A DNA stretch of 64,000 nt. Source: Squalus acanthias (lineage: Eukaryota). The position numbers and the translations under genes were made by a program. A model generated the notes under the pieces. It was not told where the DNA came from, did no database searches, and worked only from the letters and a program-made list of their open reading frames with translations. The DNA lies in NCBI GenBank assembly GCA_030390025.1, contig CM059432.1, positions 58,158,001 through 58,222,000 of the forward strand, given 5' to 3'. Below, in pieces: positions 47,389-60,133 of the stretch; positions within the stretch are counted from its first letter, which is position 1, and every line of letters begins with the position of its first letter.

Positions 47389-48832
47389 CTATTCACCCTT
47401 GTGCAATCCCTTAGTGCCTCTCGTTATTGTGCCTTTGCCTACTCTAGTGCTCCTACGAAGTGTTGGCCCAGTGGCTGCAACACGGCGGGTGGAAGGCTGC
47501 TGAGTGTCCATGTGGAAGACTTCAAATGGCCTTGCAGGACGACCTCGACCAGCTGTGGGCCTGGAAGAGCCGGCTGTAGACTGCACCACCTCAGCATGGG
47601 CGGCAGCAGTCTGGGCTGGCTGGGTGACAGGCAGCGACAAGGGCAATGGCGGAGTGGCAGTGGTGGGAGCGGGAATGCTGTCATCCTGAGAGAGGACAGC
47701 AGGTTCCTGCTCCACTGACCCACTGCCACTCCCTGGGGCAGCACCTCAGCATCCCTAGCAATCTGTCAGAGCACAGATTGCTGGGCTGCTGCGACACCGT
47801 GAAAGCCCTGGTCGACTGTGGTAGACCCAGACACAATGGCAGCAGTCAGAGTTTGCGTAGCATCAAACTGAGACTGCATGAGAGCAGTCTGAGATTGACT
47901 GGCACCAAGCATAGACTGCATTACAGCACTAAGACGTTGCGTCACTTCCGCCTGTGCTGCAATGGAAACTTCCAGATCGCCCATCACACGTGGCATCAGT
48001 TCTGGGTTGCCACGGTCTCTCTGGGAGTCTACCATCCTTTGCAGACTGGAAATGATGGGCTCCATGGTGTGCGCACAGAGCCTTGTGCAATGCTGGAGGC
48101 GGACTCCTCCATGCTCCTTACCATTGCTGACAGGCTTTTGGGCACCCTTGCCATTGCACCTATTATCTCCATGTGTATGCCCTTCTTCTAAACGCCTCTC
48201 CATCGAGCTCCTCATCAGAACTCGCGTGTGAACTCGCCCTCTGGGGAGCTGGCCCCCAAGCTACCCTTTCCCCTTGGCCTTGCTGCAGACCACTTATCCC
48301 CGGTGCATCACCCTGTGCAGATCCCGCTACTATACTAGCCTCTAAAGAATGTGTAGTCCCAGTATCTGACCTGGTGCCCGCGGGTGAGACATGCAGTGAT
48401 GCGGTGTCTTCTTCCTCCTCCTCTTCTCCCGCCTCGCTCTCAATGGTGCCCTCAGGGACAGGCTCCTCAGGTGCTTGCTCATTATCTGAAAGCATAAAGG
48501 CACAAGAGTTGGGTTAAGGTGAGGGGAGGGGGGCAGGAAGGGAGAAATGCATGGAGACAGTATGATTAGCTGAAAAGCGCAAAACTCACCCTGACCACCC
48601 GAGTAAGGTCATTAAATGTCTTCCTGCACTGTGTCTGGGTCCTGGGGACCACAGTGCTACCCGAGACCTGCTGGGCTACCTCCCTCCACATGGTGCGGAA
48701 AACTTGCGGCAAGGGCCTCCTGCCACTTTCTGGGTACAGCACTGCCCTCCGTCTCTCCACAGCAAAGACTAACGCCTCCAATGCTTCATCACTGAATCTG
48801 CGGGCTCTCTCTCTGGGGCGTGGATGTGCCAT
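47389..48832 (-). pseudogene. Harbinger Myb/SANT-like protein gene lacking exon 2
   Basis: Exon 1 48832-48590 MAHPRPRERARRFSDEALEAL...QCRKTFNDLTRVVR; last exon from 48485 homologous to 25367-26466. Confidence 0.88.
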
Positions 48833-51689
48833 TAGTGCAGTTTCTTGAGTTGTCCGGCTCCTTTTACTTGGCCTATTTGTGCTTGCTGAGGCAGCTGCAC
48901 AGCCAGCAATGCTGAGAATGAGGTTCTGCAGCATCAATGAACCTCCCCTTTAAGAACTGCAAAGAGCATGTGACAATGATGACTTGTGATTAGACTGCAT
49001 CTGATATTGGTCAGCGCTTCGAGTTTAAAGCCACTGAGCTAAGCCATTAGCACTTGATAAAGCACTCCAATCCTTTCTTGTGCAATGAGACTGAATTTTG
49101 CGTGCAGTCTGAATAATTAGCACTGGCGCTAATTCTCAAACTTTTCTAAAGTTAGCGCCCATTCCTGGGCTATACTGAATTTCTCCCCCTTAGTCTTAAG
49201 TTTACTTCAGTCAGTTAGTTAATAGTCGAATAAATAGAGGCATGGCAGGGCACCTCAATCCCATGGAATGTACATGCTGTGCCATGTGGGGACTCCAGGA
49301 CGCTTCCCATGTCCTGGACAACCACATGTGCAGGAAGTGTTGTCAGCTGGAGGAGCTCGATCTCCGGGTTTTGGAGCTTGAGCAGCAGCTGGCGTCACTG
49401 CGGTGCATCCGTGAGGCTGAGAGCTACATGGATAGCACGTTTCAGGAGGTGGTCATCCCGCAGCGTAAGAGTGTGCAGGCAGAGAGGGAATTGGTGACCG
49501 TCAGACAGACAAGGAGGACCAGATAGTTCAGCAGTCCCCTGAGTGCATCTCGCTCTCCAACAGTACTGAATATTGGTGAGGGCGATGGTTCTTCTGGGGA
49601 GTACAGCCAGAGCCAAGTCCACAGCATCATGGGTGGCTCAGCTGTAAGGGGGGGAGGAGGAAAATTGGGAAGGTAATAGTGGTCGGGGATTTGATAGTTA
49701 GGGGAATAGACAGGAGTTTCTGCGGCTGCAGACATGATTCCAGGATGGTATATTGACTCCCTGGTGCCAGGGTCAAAGATGTCATTGAGCGGTTGCAGAA
49801 CATTCAGAGGGGGGAGGATGAACAGCCAGAGGCCATGGTCCATATCGATACCAGTGACATTGGTAGAAAAAGGGATGAGGTCCTGCAGGCAGATTTTAGG
49901 GAGCTAGGAAAGAGATTAAAAAGCAGGACCTCAAAGGTAGTAATCTCCGGATTAGTCCCTGTGCCACGATCTAGTGAGTATAGAAATAGGAGGATAGAGC
50001 AGATGAATGCGTGGCTGGAGGGATGGTGCATGAGGGAGGGCTTTAGATTCCTGGGACATTGGGACCAGTTCTGGGGGAGGTGGTACCTGCAAAGGCCAGA
50101 CGGGTTGCATCTCAACAGAGCTGGGACCAATGTCCTCGTGGGGGGGTGGGGGGGGGGCGGGGCGGGGGGGCGGTGTTTGCTAGTGCTGATGGAGAGGGTT
50201 TAAACTCATTTGGCAGGGGGATGGGCACCAGGATGTAGCATTAGAAAGGAGAAACAAAGTGCACAAAGGATTGGGAGAGACAGATAGCACTAGAGTAAGA
50301 AATAGTAAGGTATCAGGTGGGGTCAGATTTAGAGAGCATATAAGAAGGTCTAAGGCAGGTTTACAGTGCGTGTGTGTAAATGCACGAAGCGAGGTAAATA
50401 AGGTTGGTGAGCTGCAGGCACAAATAGCAAGATGGGAATATGATGTTGTGACGATAACGGAGACCTGGCTCAAAAAAGGGCAGGATTGGGTTTTAAATAT
50501 TCCTGGATATAAGGTGTTCAGGAAAGATAGGGAAGGAAAGAAAGGAGGTGGGGTAGCAGTATTGGTTAAGGAGAATGTTACAGTGCTGGAGAGAGAGGAT
50601 GTCCTGGAGGGGTCAAGGACAGAATCTATTTGGTTAGAGTTCAGAAATAATAGAGGTGCCATTACAATACTAGGTGTATTCTATAGATCACCAAATAGTG
50701 GGAAAGATATGGAGGAGCAAATCTGCAGAGAAATTACAGAGAGGTGCAAGGATAGAGTAGTAATAATGGGGGATTTCAATTATCCTAATATAGACTGGGA
50801 TCGTAATAGTGTTAAGTGTCGAGATGGGGAAGAATTTCTGAAGTGTGTTCAGGAGAACTTCCTTGATCAGTACATTGCCAGTCCAACAAGGAAGGAGGCA
50901 TTGCTGGATTTGGTTCTGCGGAATGAGGTGGGTCAAATGGAGCAAGTGCCAGTCGGTGAATATTTAGGGAACAGTGATTATAGTATCATAAGGTTTAGAT
51001 TAGCTATGGAAAAGGACAGGGAGCAATCTAGAGTAAAAATACTTAATTGGAGGAAGGCCAATTTCAGTGGGTTGAGAATGGATCTGGCCCGGGTAAATTG
51101 GAATCAAAGATTGGCAGGCAAAACTGTAATTGAACAATGGGCTGCCTTTAAAGAGGCGATGGTTCGGGTACAGTCGAGGTACATTCCCACTAGGAGGAAA
51201 GGTAGGGCAACTAAAGCCAGCGCTCTCTGGATGATGAAAGAAATAGAGAGTAAGATGAAGCAGAAAAAGGGCACGTATGACAGATGTCAGGTTGAGAATA
51301 CAAGTGAGAATCAGGCTGAATATAGAAAGTTTAGAGGGGAATTGAAAAAGAAAATAAGAGGGGTAAAGAGAGAGTATAAGAATAAATTGGCAGCTAACAT
51401 CAAAGGGACTTCCAAAAGGCATTTGATAAAGTGCCACCAGCACTTACCAGTTTACCAACAAAGTTGAAGCCCATGGAATAAAAGGGACAGTGGCAGCATT
51501 TATTGTGCCTGTATTGGACACATGGCATTGAGCTTCAGCTTCCAGGTCAAAGTTTATTTACTTTAGAGAGAGCTCTGAGCATGACTTGAAGCTACAATAG
51601 GACATATCTATCCTAATCTTTGCCATGCCTATGTAACCTGAGTTTCCTCATGTCCATTCACGTGTGCACTTTAACTTCAGAGGTCCAAC

Positions 51690-51835
51690 CTTTCATTTGT
51701 TAAGTAACACTTATTCATGCAAAGAGTGGTAGAAGTGTGGGACTGCCTCCTATAAAAAGCAGTAGATGCGAGCTCAATTAATAATTTAAAATCTGAGATT
51801 GATAGATTTTTGCTAGACAAGGGTATAAAGGGAAA
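51690..51835 (+). mobile_element. CR1 3' ORF2 fragment
   Basis: QRVVEVWDCL...FKSEIDRFLLDKGIKG similarity. Confidence 0.65.
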
Positions 51836-52652
51836 AACAAAACAAGCCCAGAGGAACACTAATTGCAATATGCATTTTAGCGTTTTTTGGTTGCAGTAAC
51901 CAGGAATCCTCAGCTCCCCTTTAAGAAGTTCTTGGGCCAGTCTAGAACATTTCTCCCTTTTATACCCACTACTTACGGATGAGCCATGCTCACATTGCGA
52001 TCCCATCAAAAAGAAAAAACAGGATTTCGTGCCTGACCTCATCAGTGGAATTGCCATCAAACTGACTATTAAAATGACGCTCATGAATATTCTGTGCGAT
52101 AGCAGTTTATGCCAACTATAAAAGCCAGCTGGAAGTTTATGCGGCATGTAATTTGAGTGGGAATCTGGTGAAATGGATTCCTGCCATGTTCCCAATCCAC
52201 ACTCATTTCTTTCACATCCGATTGAATTTTCTACCCTGCCAACCATTTTACAAGCATCATACAATAAAAGTAAAAGGTTATGGGGTAGATTTTTTCCTGG
52301 CACAGAGCTTCACACAACATATGGGGAATTTTGGTAGGGAGATCTGTAGGCCCAATTCACGGCCCTCATAATTTTCTAGCTCATATTTTCAGTCAACAGA
52401 AAGTCATGGTGGATGGGAATTAGACGCACTGAACTTTGCACCTAAATTTCCAATATGCATTTCCTTTGTGCTAAATTCTGCAGGACCTTGTAAGGAGCAG
52501 AGCTTCTGTGTGGGAGTAAATGAGGCCTCCTAATCCAGCAACCGCAGCCTCAGAGGCACCCAGGGTATCCTTGGCGGCTGGTATTCCCATTGAAAACAGC
52601 GACCCCAAAGAATGCCCCTTTATGAAGGGAGCTGAGGAGGCCAAAAGATTAT

Positions 52653-53242
52653 GGGGGAAAAATTGGGTTGCTTTGCGCCTCCCGTCAGTGCCCCGCTTGC
52701 GCCCCAGCCACAAACTTGCCTTGTGCCCCCTGACCTATTGCCGAACCATATGTCCGACCGGTTTGGGGGGAGGGGGTCGTTTTGGCAGCAGCGACGACGC
52801 AAATTAAAGGGCAGGTGCCGGGCGGCCATTTTTCTTTTGGCCGACTGCCAGCACCTGCTCCTTCTTACCTCTATATGCGAGGTTCTGGCCGCGATCGCGC
52901 AGCCCGGCATGCCTCTTGAGTGCCGGGCTGTTTTCCCAGCATCCCGCTCCCCGGTGGTCCAGCAGGGCCCCGGTGCGTGCAGCGCTAGGCCCCTCCCCTT
53001 TAACCGGGGGAGGAGGCCTGCAATGACGCGGCGCTATGTGCCGCTGCACGTGGCGCTGTTGCACGTAGCACCGTGAAATTCACTGGTAGCGCCTCAGGAA
53101 GGAGGGGGAGCGTTTTTCAGTAGCGCCCCGCCTCCTGCTTCCGGCGCTACTACTGAATTTACGGCGCAGGGGCACTAACTTTTATGGTTAGCGCCCCAGT
53201 GACATTTGCACCCCAAAGGGGATGCCACTGAATTTTTTCCCC
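52653..53242. mobile_element. CpG-rich Harbinger MITE
   Basis: TIRs GGGGGAAAAATTGGGT / ACTGAATTTTTTCCCC, TAT TSD, many GCGCTA/TAGCGC motifs. Confidence 0.88.
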
Positions 53243-54444
53243 TATCTTTCCTGACCTGGTGGCTGTGAGCGGCTTCCTAACCAGGTGAGTGCCAGGATGC
53301 ACTCCTGGTGGTGCTGGCACCTGCCATTCTTGTATAAAGGACTTCCCCTCGATCCCACAAAGTATCATGGGATATGGCCATCATGGATTTTTGAGGCCTT
53401 ACTGTTTTTGTTACTCTTGCAGCATTTGCTTATATTAGCAATTCAGGTACTTTACCCCTGTCTTATCACTGTATGTTAAAATGCCTTTTTGCTTAGTAAA
53501 ATTTATATTAAAAGGGTAATTTGATGAGCCTCCACTTCCAGTGTGGAGTCTCACTAGTTTTAGAAGTATTCCTATACTGTTATAGCCCTGTCTCTGATGG
53601 GTGTCCCATCTAGTGAGGCTACATGCTGGGTGCAAAGCCTTGCATCACTAGCCCGTTAATCTTTATTGGTAAATTGTTAGCTATTGTGGTTTCAAACCTT
53701 TGCACTGACAATCTAGAACTAGCAAAATGTTTTGATTTCCTGTGAGCAACTATTTCTATTACTGTCTAACTCAACCAATGGAACCTCCTCACAACTATTG
53801 CACAGAGATCTCCAATGAACATTTAATTCTGTGAAGGATTGGTAACTATATGTATTGGACTAACATACACAGCACACAAGAGTGTAATAGAATGTTTTGA
53901 TGTTTATAAAACTGAACAGCACGTTCAGTACAGAATGTCCCAGACTCATTTTAAGGTGCCTATGCAGGGTTGGAAAGCTTATGAGTAATACAAGTTATTT
54001 TAAAAATCTATTTTCTGAAAATGACGTAATGTTGGCCTTGGTGTTGGGGAAATTGATGCAAGTAATTTGAGAATACTGCATGGCTTTTATTCCAACGTGA
54101 TTATTGAAAAACTAAGTAAGGGATTTTATCTTATTCATTTTCTTGGAAGATTATCAGTGACTAAAAGCAGTTCAGCTTCCAATGAAGGTCACTGTTTTGA
54201 TGTTGTAATTTAGTAACATGTATATTGTCAGTGTATATTGAAAATGTAAAATCTATTCTGGAGCCAGACATAAACCTCATAATCTTTAATGAGGAAAAAT
54301 ATATTAAACCAGACGGGCATCTATTTGCAATACCAATTGATTCACCTGTTGACTATTCAAACAATAATAGATTTATAATAAATAAAAACAGAAAATGCTG
54401 GAAATACTCAGCAGGTCAAGCAGCATCTGTGGAGAGAGAAACAG

Positions 54445-54481
54445 AGTTAACGTTTCAGGTCGATGACCCTTCGTCAGAACT
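54445..54481 (-). ncRNA. Minimal type I hammerhead ribozyme motif (PLE-associated)
   Basis: AGTT-CTGACGA-AGGGTC ATC GACCT-GAAAC-GTT-AACT on the minus strand. Confidence 0.7.
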
Positions 54482-54974
54482 GGAAAATTTGGAGATGGAA
54501 CAGGTTTTTAAGCAAGTGTAGAGGCAGGGGAAGTGGGGAGGGGAGGAAAGAACAAAAGGGAAGGTCTGTGATAGGATGGAAGGCCTCTTACACTGTTCCA
54601 GTGAAGCTCAATGTAAGCTTGAGGAACAGCATCTCATCTTTCGATTAAGCACTTTACAGTCTCCTGGACTCAACATCGGGTTCAACAATTTCAGACCATA
54701 ACCTCTGCCCCTATCTTTTTTTTCATTTTTTTTCTCTCACATGGCAGCTGTCGATCATTCTACCATTGCCATTTACACTTCATCTAGAGCCATCTTTTGT
54801 TTCTTAACTTGTCCCATTACCATCTCCTTTTGCCTTGCACCATCATCCCTTTTGTCTCTTAATCTCTCCTGCCTTCCATGCTATCACTGACCTTCCCTTT
54901 TGTTCTTTCCTCCCCTCCCCCCTTTCCCTGCCCCTGCACTTGCTTAAAATCCTGTTCGATCTCCAGCTTTTTCC

Positions 54975-55011
54975 AGTTCTGACGAAGGGTCATCGACCTG
55001 AAACGTTAACT
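54975..55011 (+). ncRNA. Minimal type I hammerhead ribozyme motif (PLE-associated)
   Basis: AGTT-CTGACGA-AGGGTC ATC GACCT-GAAAC-GTT-AACT: CUGANGA and GAAA core, stem II, loopless palindromic stem III. Confidence 0.72.
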
Positions 55012-55169
55012 CTGTTTCTCTCTCCACAGATGCTGCCTGACCTGCTGAGTATTTCCAGCATTTTCTGTTTTTATTTCAGATTTCCAGCATCCGCAGCTTT
55101 AATAATAGATTTATACACAGTCTTTCCCAGCTTAAGAAAGGAAGAAAAAAAAAGACTTGCATTTATATA

Positions 55170-55570
55170 GTCCAGTCACTCTACGCCTCCTGCCCCCACA
55201 GGGTGGCTTGAGGGCCCTCCGCTTCTTCCTTGAACGGAGGCCCGACCAGTTTCCATCCACCAACACCCACCTCAGCCTGGCTGAACTTGCTCTTACATTG
55301 AACAACTTCTCCTTTGACTTCACTGACTTCCTCCAAATAAAAGGTGTTGCTACGGTAACCCATATGGGCCCTACTGTGCCTGCCATTCTGTGGGATATGT
55401 GGAACATTCTATGTTACAGTCCGACATAGGTTTCCTCCCTCACCTTTTTTTTTCTGGTACATTGATGACTGTATCGGTGCCACTTCTGCTCTCGCCCCCA
55501 ACTGGAAAATTTAAACAACTTGCTTCAAATTTCCACCCCTCCCTCGCCTTCACATGGTCCATCTCCGACA
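55170..55570 (+). mobile_element. Penelope-like element RT fragment, decayed
   Basis: GLRALRFFLERRPDQFPST..LAELALTLNNFSF..FLQIKGVA..MGP and a YIDDCIG motif near 55457. Confidence 0.85.
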
Positions 55571-55638
55571 TTGTCTGTGTTGAAATTGTGGAAAGTACTC
55601 ACAGCTACTTGATAAATGTTGTTTGCTTTCAATTATAG

Positions 55639-55700
55639 AAAGCTGCAGAATGGGACAGAAAGATTTGGCTGAAATTGAAGAGTGCGAAGAAAGTTTCCTG
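55639..55700 (+). CDS. Candidate 62-nt internal exon of an unidentified host gene
   Basis: TTTGCTTTCAATTATAG acceptor, CTG|GTAAAA donor, purine-rich, open frame SCRMGQKDLAEIEECEESFL ending on a codon boundary. Confidence 0.38.
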
Positions 55701-56039
55701 GTAAAATTAGTGAAGTTCGAGTTAGCTATGGCTTTGAGCCCTATTATTCCAGGTGACTGCATATTTGCCCATGTAATATAGTTATTCCATGTGACAAGTG
55801 ATACACTAAAGAAATACTTGCATTTATATAGCGCCTTTCACGACCTCAGGACGTCCCAAAGTGCTTTACAGCCAATGAAGTACTTTTGAAGTGTAGTCAC
55901 TGTTGTAATGTAGGATACTAAGTGCCAGATATGTGGATGGGTGACTAAATACTTGGCTAATCCTACCCGACAAAGATTTTTGTCTTAATTTTAATCATTA
56001 TTTTGTCTTTATTATTATGATTTGCTTTTTTCCTTAATT

Positions 56040-56625
56040 TTTCACCCCATTTCCTGAACCTGGTGGTTCATGGTCGGATATGTTTCTATGGGCGATAGCA
56101 AGTCTCCAATATTTAGCCTGGAAGTGAGTATTGACAGGCTATTTGGAACACAAGCTACACTCAGTCCTGTCCTCATCTGATGTCCACACATACATCAGGG
56201 CTGGATTCATAATTGTTGGGATCCTCAGCCCCCGCTGCACAACACCACCCCCCCTGCCCCGCCCCATCCATTAAAGCACAAACATATAATAAAATGCAGG
56301 AAGAAATAGGCTCGTAGAATGTTTACACACTGCATTAATAATAAAACAAATCATGTCAATTTATACTACACTTAAATCATGCTTAAATGAAACATATTTG
56401 CATGGGACCCCATATTTGCAAAAGCCCGTGCTTTAATCTGCCCCGACATACATACCTTTTCAGGAGGGATCACAGGATCATGGTAAGGAGTAGGAACTGC
56501 TGCAGATATTTTTTCTTCCCTAGACCAGAGACCAATTGTAGTGCCACCGTGTCTGCTCTAACTAAAAGCAGCTAGCCAGCAGATCACAATTTGGATCCAT
56601 CCTGTCCGTATGGCTCATTACCATA
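56040..56625 (-). mobile_element. LF-SINE-like element, diverged and interrupted
   Basis: GTGAGTATTGACAGGCTATTTG, CCTGTCCTCATCTGATGTCCACAC and CCAATTGTAG blocks match the recalled LF-SINE consensus in reverse. Confidence 0.6.
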
Positions 56626-57857
56626 TATAGGATAAATTCTCGACTTCAAATTCAGAATAGTGATCACTGTCGTTGGCACTAAGCCTGGCAGAAAGCAGGG
56701 AGATTTGAGCTACCAGCAGCAGCTGCTTCCACTGGCACTGCCCTCCACTGATATGTAATAAAATGACAGCCCCCACTTTGAATTGGAGTTAAATTGCCAC
56801 AGTTAACTGGATGAGCAGTTTGCCAATGTTTGTATTTACTGCATGGGTTAAGAAGACAGAAGACTGAAAGAGAGTGCAAACTGCAACAGACGCTTATGGG
56901 AGTGCTTCCATCCCCCCAGCACCAGCTACCTGGGTGCATAGGCAGAACACTGCGTGTAATGCCTGCAGCTTTCCAGGGAACAGCTCTGACTCCTACATTT
57001 AGTGACAGACAAAGATTACAATCTATTCCACCCAGATGGCAGGTTAAATGAATGGTTACTAAGGGATTCTGGCTACCCTCCAGCTATCCTTTTTTGATAA
57101 TGCCTGCTACAATGCTTGCCATGGCAACCAACAGGGCAAAGCAGCCCTACAGTAAAACCCATGTCAAAACTGGGGTGCTTGATGCCTGAAACAACGACTT
57201 TACCCCAGACAGTTTGTGACAGGTAGTGGTATTGCCTGCTGACCAAAAGGCTGCCTGATGTCAATCCAACAGCATTTCCACAAGCTCTGACTTAACGCAG
57301 TCGGTGAACCTGACTTTGTCACTATGCTATGCTTTCCTACTATTTAAATGTCCAAGTCTCTGCTCTCACAGCTGCTTCAGTAGTTACAGTCACTTTAATT
57401 TCATTTTTTATGGCTCTTAAGACATCAAGCAGCCAATGGCTGGCACCGGCCAGAAGAGAGTATTGCAGTTGTGGCTAATTTAACAAATATCAATGGGTGT
57501 GGGTGGCCGCAGCACCTAAAGTGGAGAACTTAGACCCATGTGGTACATTCACCCACTGATCCATAGTGAAAGCTTATGTTTGGCAAAATGATTTAGCCTA
57601 ACCGAGAAAGTTACTGGGGGAAGGAGGGGATATATTTTGGTCTGGGTACGCTGTGAGCTTTGTACTCACCTAAAATGAGAATGACTGACCCCGACAAATC
57701 TTCTAAGGTCAGTTCAATTTTTTGTGAGCTCTTGGGCAAGGTTTGGCCCCGAAGGTGGAAATGGAATATCTGGCACCACTGCAGCTGTCGTTTAAAGAGA
57801 TGATGCTTTTTTTCTGCAGTACAATCAAAGGCAGGAAATTGTTGTAAAACAATTGTA

Positions 57858-58166
57858 CAATAGTGGTTAGCACTGTTGCCTCACAGCGCCAGGGACCCGG
57901 GTTCGAATCCGGCCTCGGGTGACTGTCTGTGTGGAGTTTGCACATTCTCCCCATGTCTGCGTGGGTTTCCTCCGGGTGCTCCGGTTTCCTCCCACAGTCC
58001 AAAGATGTGCGGGTTAGGTTGATTTGGCTATGTTAAATTGACCCTTAGTGTTAGGGGGATTAAATACGTGGGGTTACGGGGATAGGGTGGGTATGTGTCA
58101 GTGCAGGCTCGATGGGCTGAAATGGCCTCTATCTGCACTGTGGGGATTCTGTGATTCTGTGATTCA
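57858..58166 (+). mobile_element. HE1-type shark SINE (V-SINE superfamily)
   Basis: tRNA head (AGTGGTTAGC, GGTTCGAATCC), V-domain TGTGTGGAGTTTGCACATTCTCCCC..GGGTTTCCTCCGGGTGCTCCGGTTTCCTCCCAC, HER1-like tail (GATTCTGT)n. Confidence 0.92.
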
Positions 58167-59236
58167 ATGTTCACAAAGACCCCACCACTCAACAAAGAAG
58201 CTGTGGAGCTTCCCTTTTACCAAGTAGGCCCTAACAGGGTTTCTCTGTTTGACATTGAAGGACACTTTCCCAGTAAGAGAGCTGTCATGGGAAAAGGTGT
58301 TAGAAAGTGTTAACTTGGTGTCCAACATGAAAGCCATACCCCGCCCATCCACTCAAATAACAGAAGGTGTGCCAGAAACCAAACCGGTACTGTAGCAGTG
58401 GGTATGTTGGAATCAAGTGAGGTGCCCTCTCATAACCCAGCACAAGATAGCGCAGAAACCCAGAAGCCAACCACGTCACTTACTTACTCCCACTGGAGAA
58501 GCACCTAAAAGGAGGACTACACTATGTTCTGGAAGACACACAGCATACACTGTCAACAAAGGGAATCTGTGGCATAAAACACTCAAAGATAAATTCAGCA
58601 GTCCTGCGCTTCCAGTGAGGAAGGAGATTGGATCAGAGATGTGCTGTAGAAACAAATTCTCCAACCTGCACGTCCTTCAAGTGCAGCTCCCTTCTGGGAT
58701 GGTGGGTTTGCTGAATTTACACTAAGTAATCATCACTTCTTGGGTATAAAATTTTATTTCACTTTGTTTCAAATTTGTCCAGGAAGTTTACTTTTGATGG
58801 CAACAGCAAGGTAACAGATCAAAGGATGGCCTTAGATGGTATTTGAAAGCATTGAAATATGTAGCAATGCAGCTTTCAAAACGCACTTCTTGAAATGTCA
58901 GAACATTTCTGCCCTTTGTCATCTATTTCTGGGCAAAAAGTGCATTACTGTGAGAAAAATGGGGAATCTCACCTTCAGGTAAATGGCATTCTTTCAATGA
59001 AGATCTCCCATCTCACATACTGGAGAATCATGTGCTGCAGTAATCGGATAGAATATGCCAAAAAGAATTCCCTCCAATTCTGCTGACTCTAATGCATACA
59101 TTCAGCACCAGAAGAACCTATCACGCTGGCTGCAAAATCAATCTTTGGAAGTTTTGCGCTTATAGTTACAGTAGATTCCATATCTTCCTTTGAAGATCTC
59201 CTGTACCAAATCTGTGGTGTTACAAAGTTATATATA

Positions 59237-59969
59237 GGGGTAGAGTTTCCACTTTGGGCACAATCGGCGATTCTGGCGCAAATTGCACCCAAACTTGTGC
59301 CCGTTTTGAAAGTGTTTTTTTCCCCCGAGTTTCCGCTCAAACTCATTTGCATATTGGTAACGCAAAACCTGCCATGAGCTAGCGCAATCGTGCAACGTCT
59401 TAAAGCACAATTTAAAAAATATTTTTTTTAGCTTTAAATAATTTTTCTAAATATATTTAAAAGTGGTAATTTGGTGAAGTTTGATTAAAACAGCTGAAAA
59501 TAGGTTTATCACAAAAAATAAGCATAGTGTCAATCCACCACCTCTGAGTAACCCGATTTTAAATGACTGAAACTTTTAAGAAATATATAAACCTATTTTC
59601 CAGTTATATTGGGGCACATTAGTCAGTTTCTTAATAAATGAAAACAAAAATCACGTTTAAAAGCTTTAAAAACGTATATATCAGTGTCCTTGCGCCCAAA
59701 ATAACGAGCTTAATTTTTAGAGCTTCCTCGAAGGTCTGTAAACGAGCGCAATTAACGGAAACTCCTAATGGTGATTAATTCACCATCGGGCCGTGGTCAG
59801 TTTTGTGGGCGGGGCCTGCTTCCAGCGCGATGTTTTTAAAAGATTGCTGAAACCCGAGTTACACTGAATACAAATTGCGCTTAAAGTTATGTGATCTTTT
59901 GCGCCGGTTATGCCGATTTCAACCGGATAGGGCCGAAAAAAAGTGCAATTAAGCGGAAACGCCAGACCC
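59237..59969. mobile_element. MITE with GC-rich ends and AT-rich core
   Basis: TIR-like GGGGTAGAGTTTCCACTT / AAGCGGAAACGCCAGACCC; repeated GCGCAA motifs; TSD not evident. Confidence 0.6.
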
Positions 59970-60133
59970 GAGTGTTTAATAAGAATTGTTAACCGCTTAA
60001 GAACATACCTTTTGCAACACAGAACCTCCTTCTCTAAGCATAATGTGATCTACCTTCATTATTATTTAATTTGTCCACATTGAACCATTGTTTTGCCTTG
60101 GAGTAATTTTATGAATTAAATATATTCCAACTG

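Larger units (their letters stand above)
45560..49189. mobile_element. PIF/Harbinger DNA transposon, second copy, inverted relative to 24235-28428
   Basis: TIRs GGGGGGAAAATTCAGT / ACTGAATTTCTCCCCC (14/16 match), canonical TTA TSD at 45557-45559 and 49190-49192. Confidence 0.95.
45101..51500 (+). mobile_element. CR1 LINE with probable 5' UTR, ORF1 (Zn finger/leucine zipper/esterase, 49242-~50220) and ORF2 APE (50360-51410); internally deleted
   Basis: CxxC..CxxC plus heptad leucines in 49242-49526; esterase motifs to 50200; CVNARS/ITETWL/GDFN in ORF 50259-51467; jumps to FQKAFDKV at ~51408; UTR interrupted by a Harbinger. Confidence 0.85.
54378..55100 (+). mobile_element. Penelope-like element: inverted pLTR copy (54378-54582) followed by GIY-YIG end and forward pLTR
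   Basis: 54378-54582 is the reverse complement of ~54870-55075; 54590-54700 resembles KLEEQHLIFRL..GLNI. Confidence 0.88.

Noticed and set aside
51677..52303. 208-aa minus-strand ORF
   Set aside because: Spans antisense CR1 and decayed MITE sequence; no recognisable protein features.
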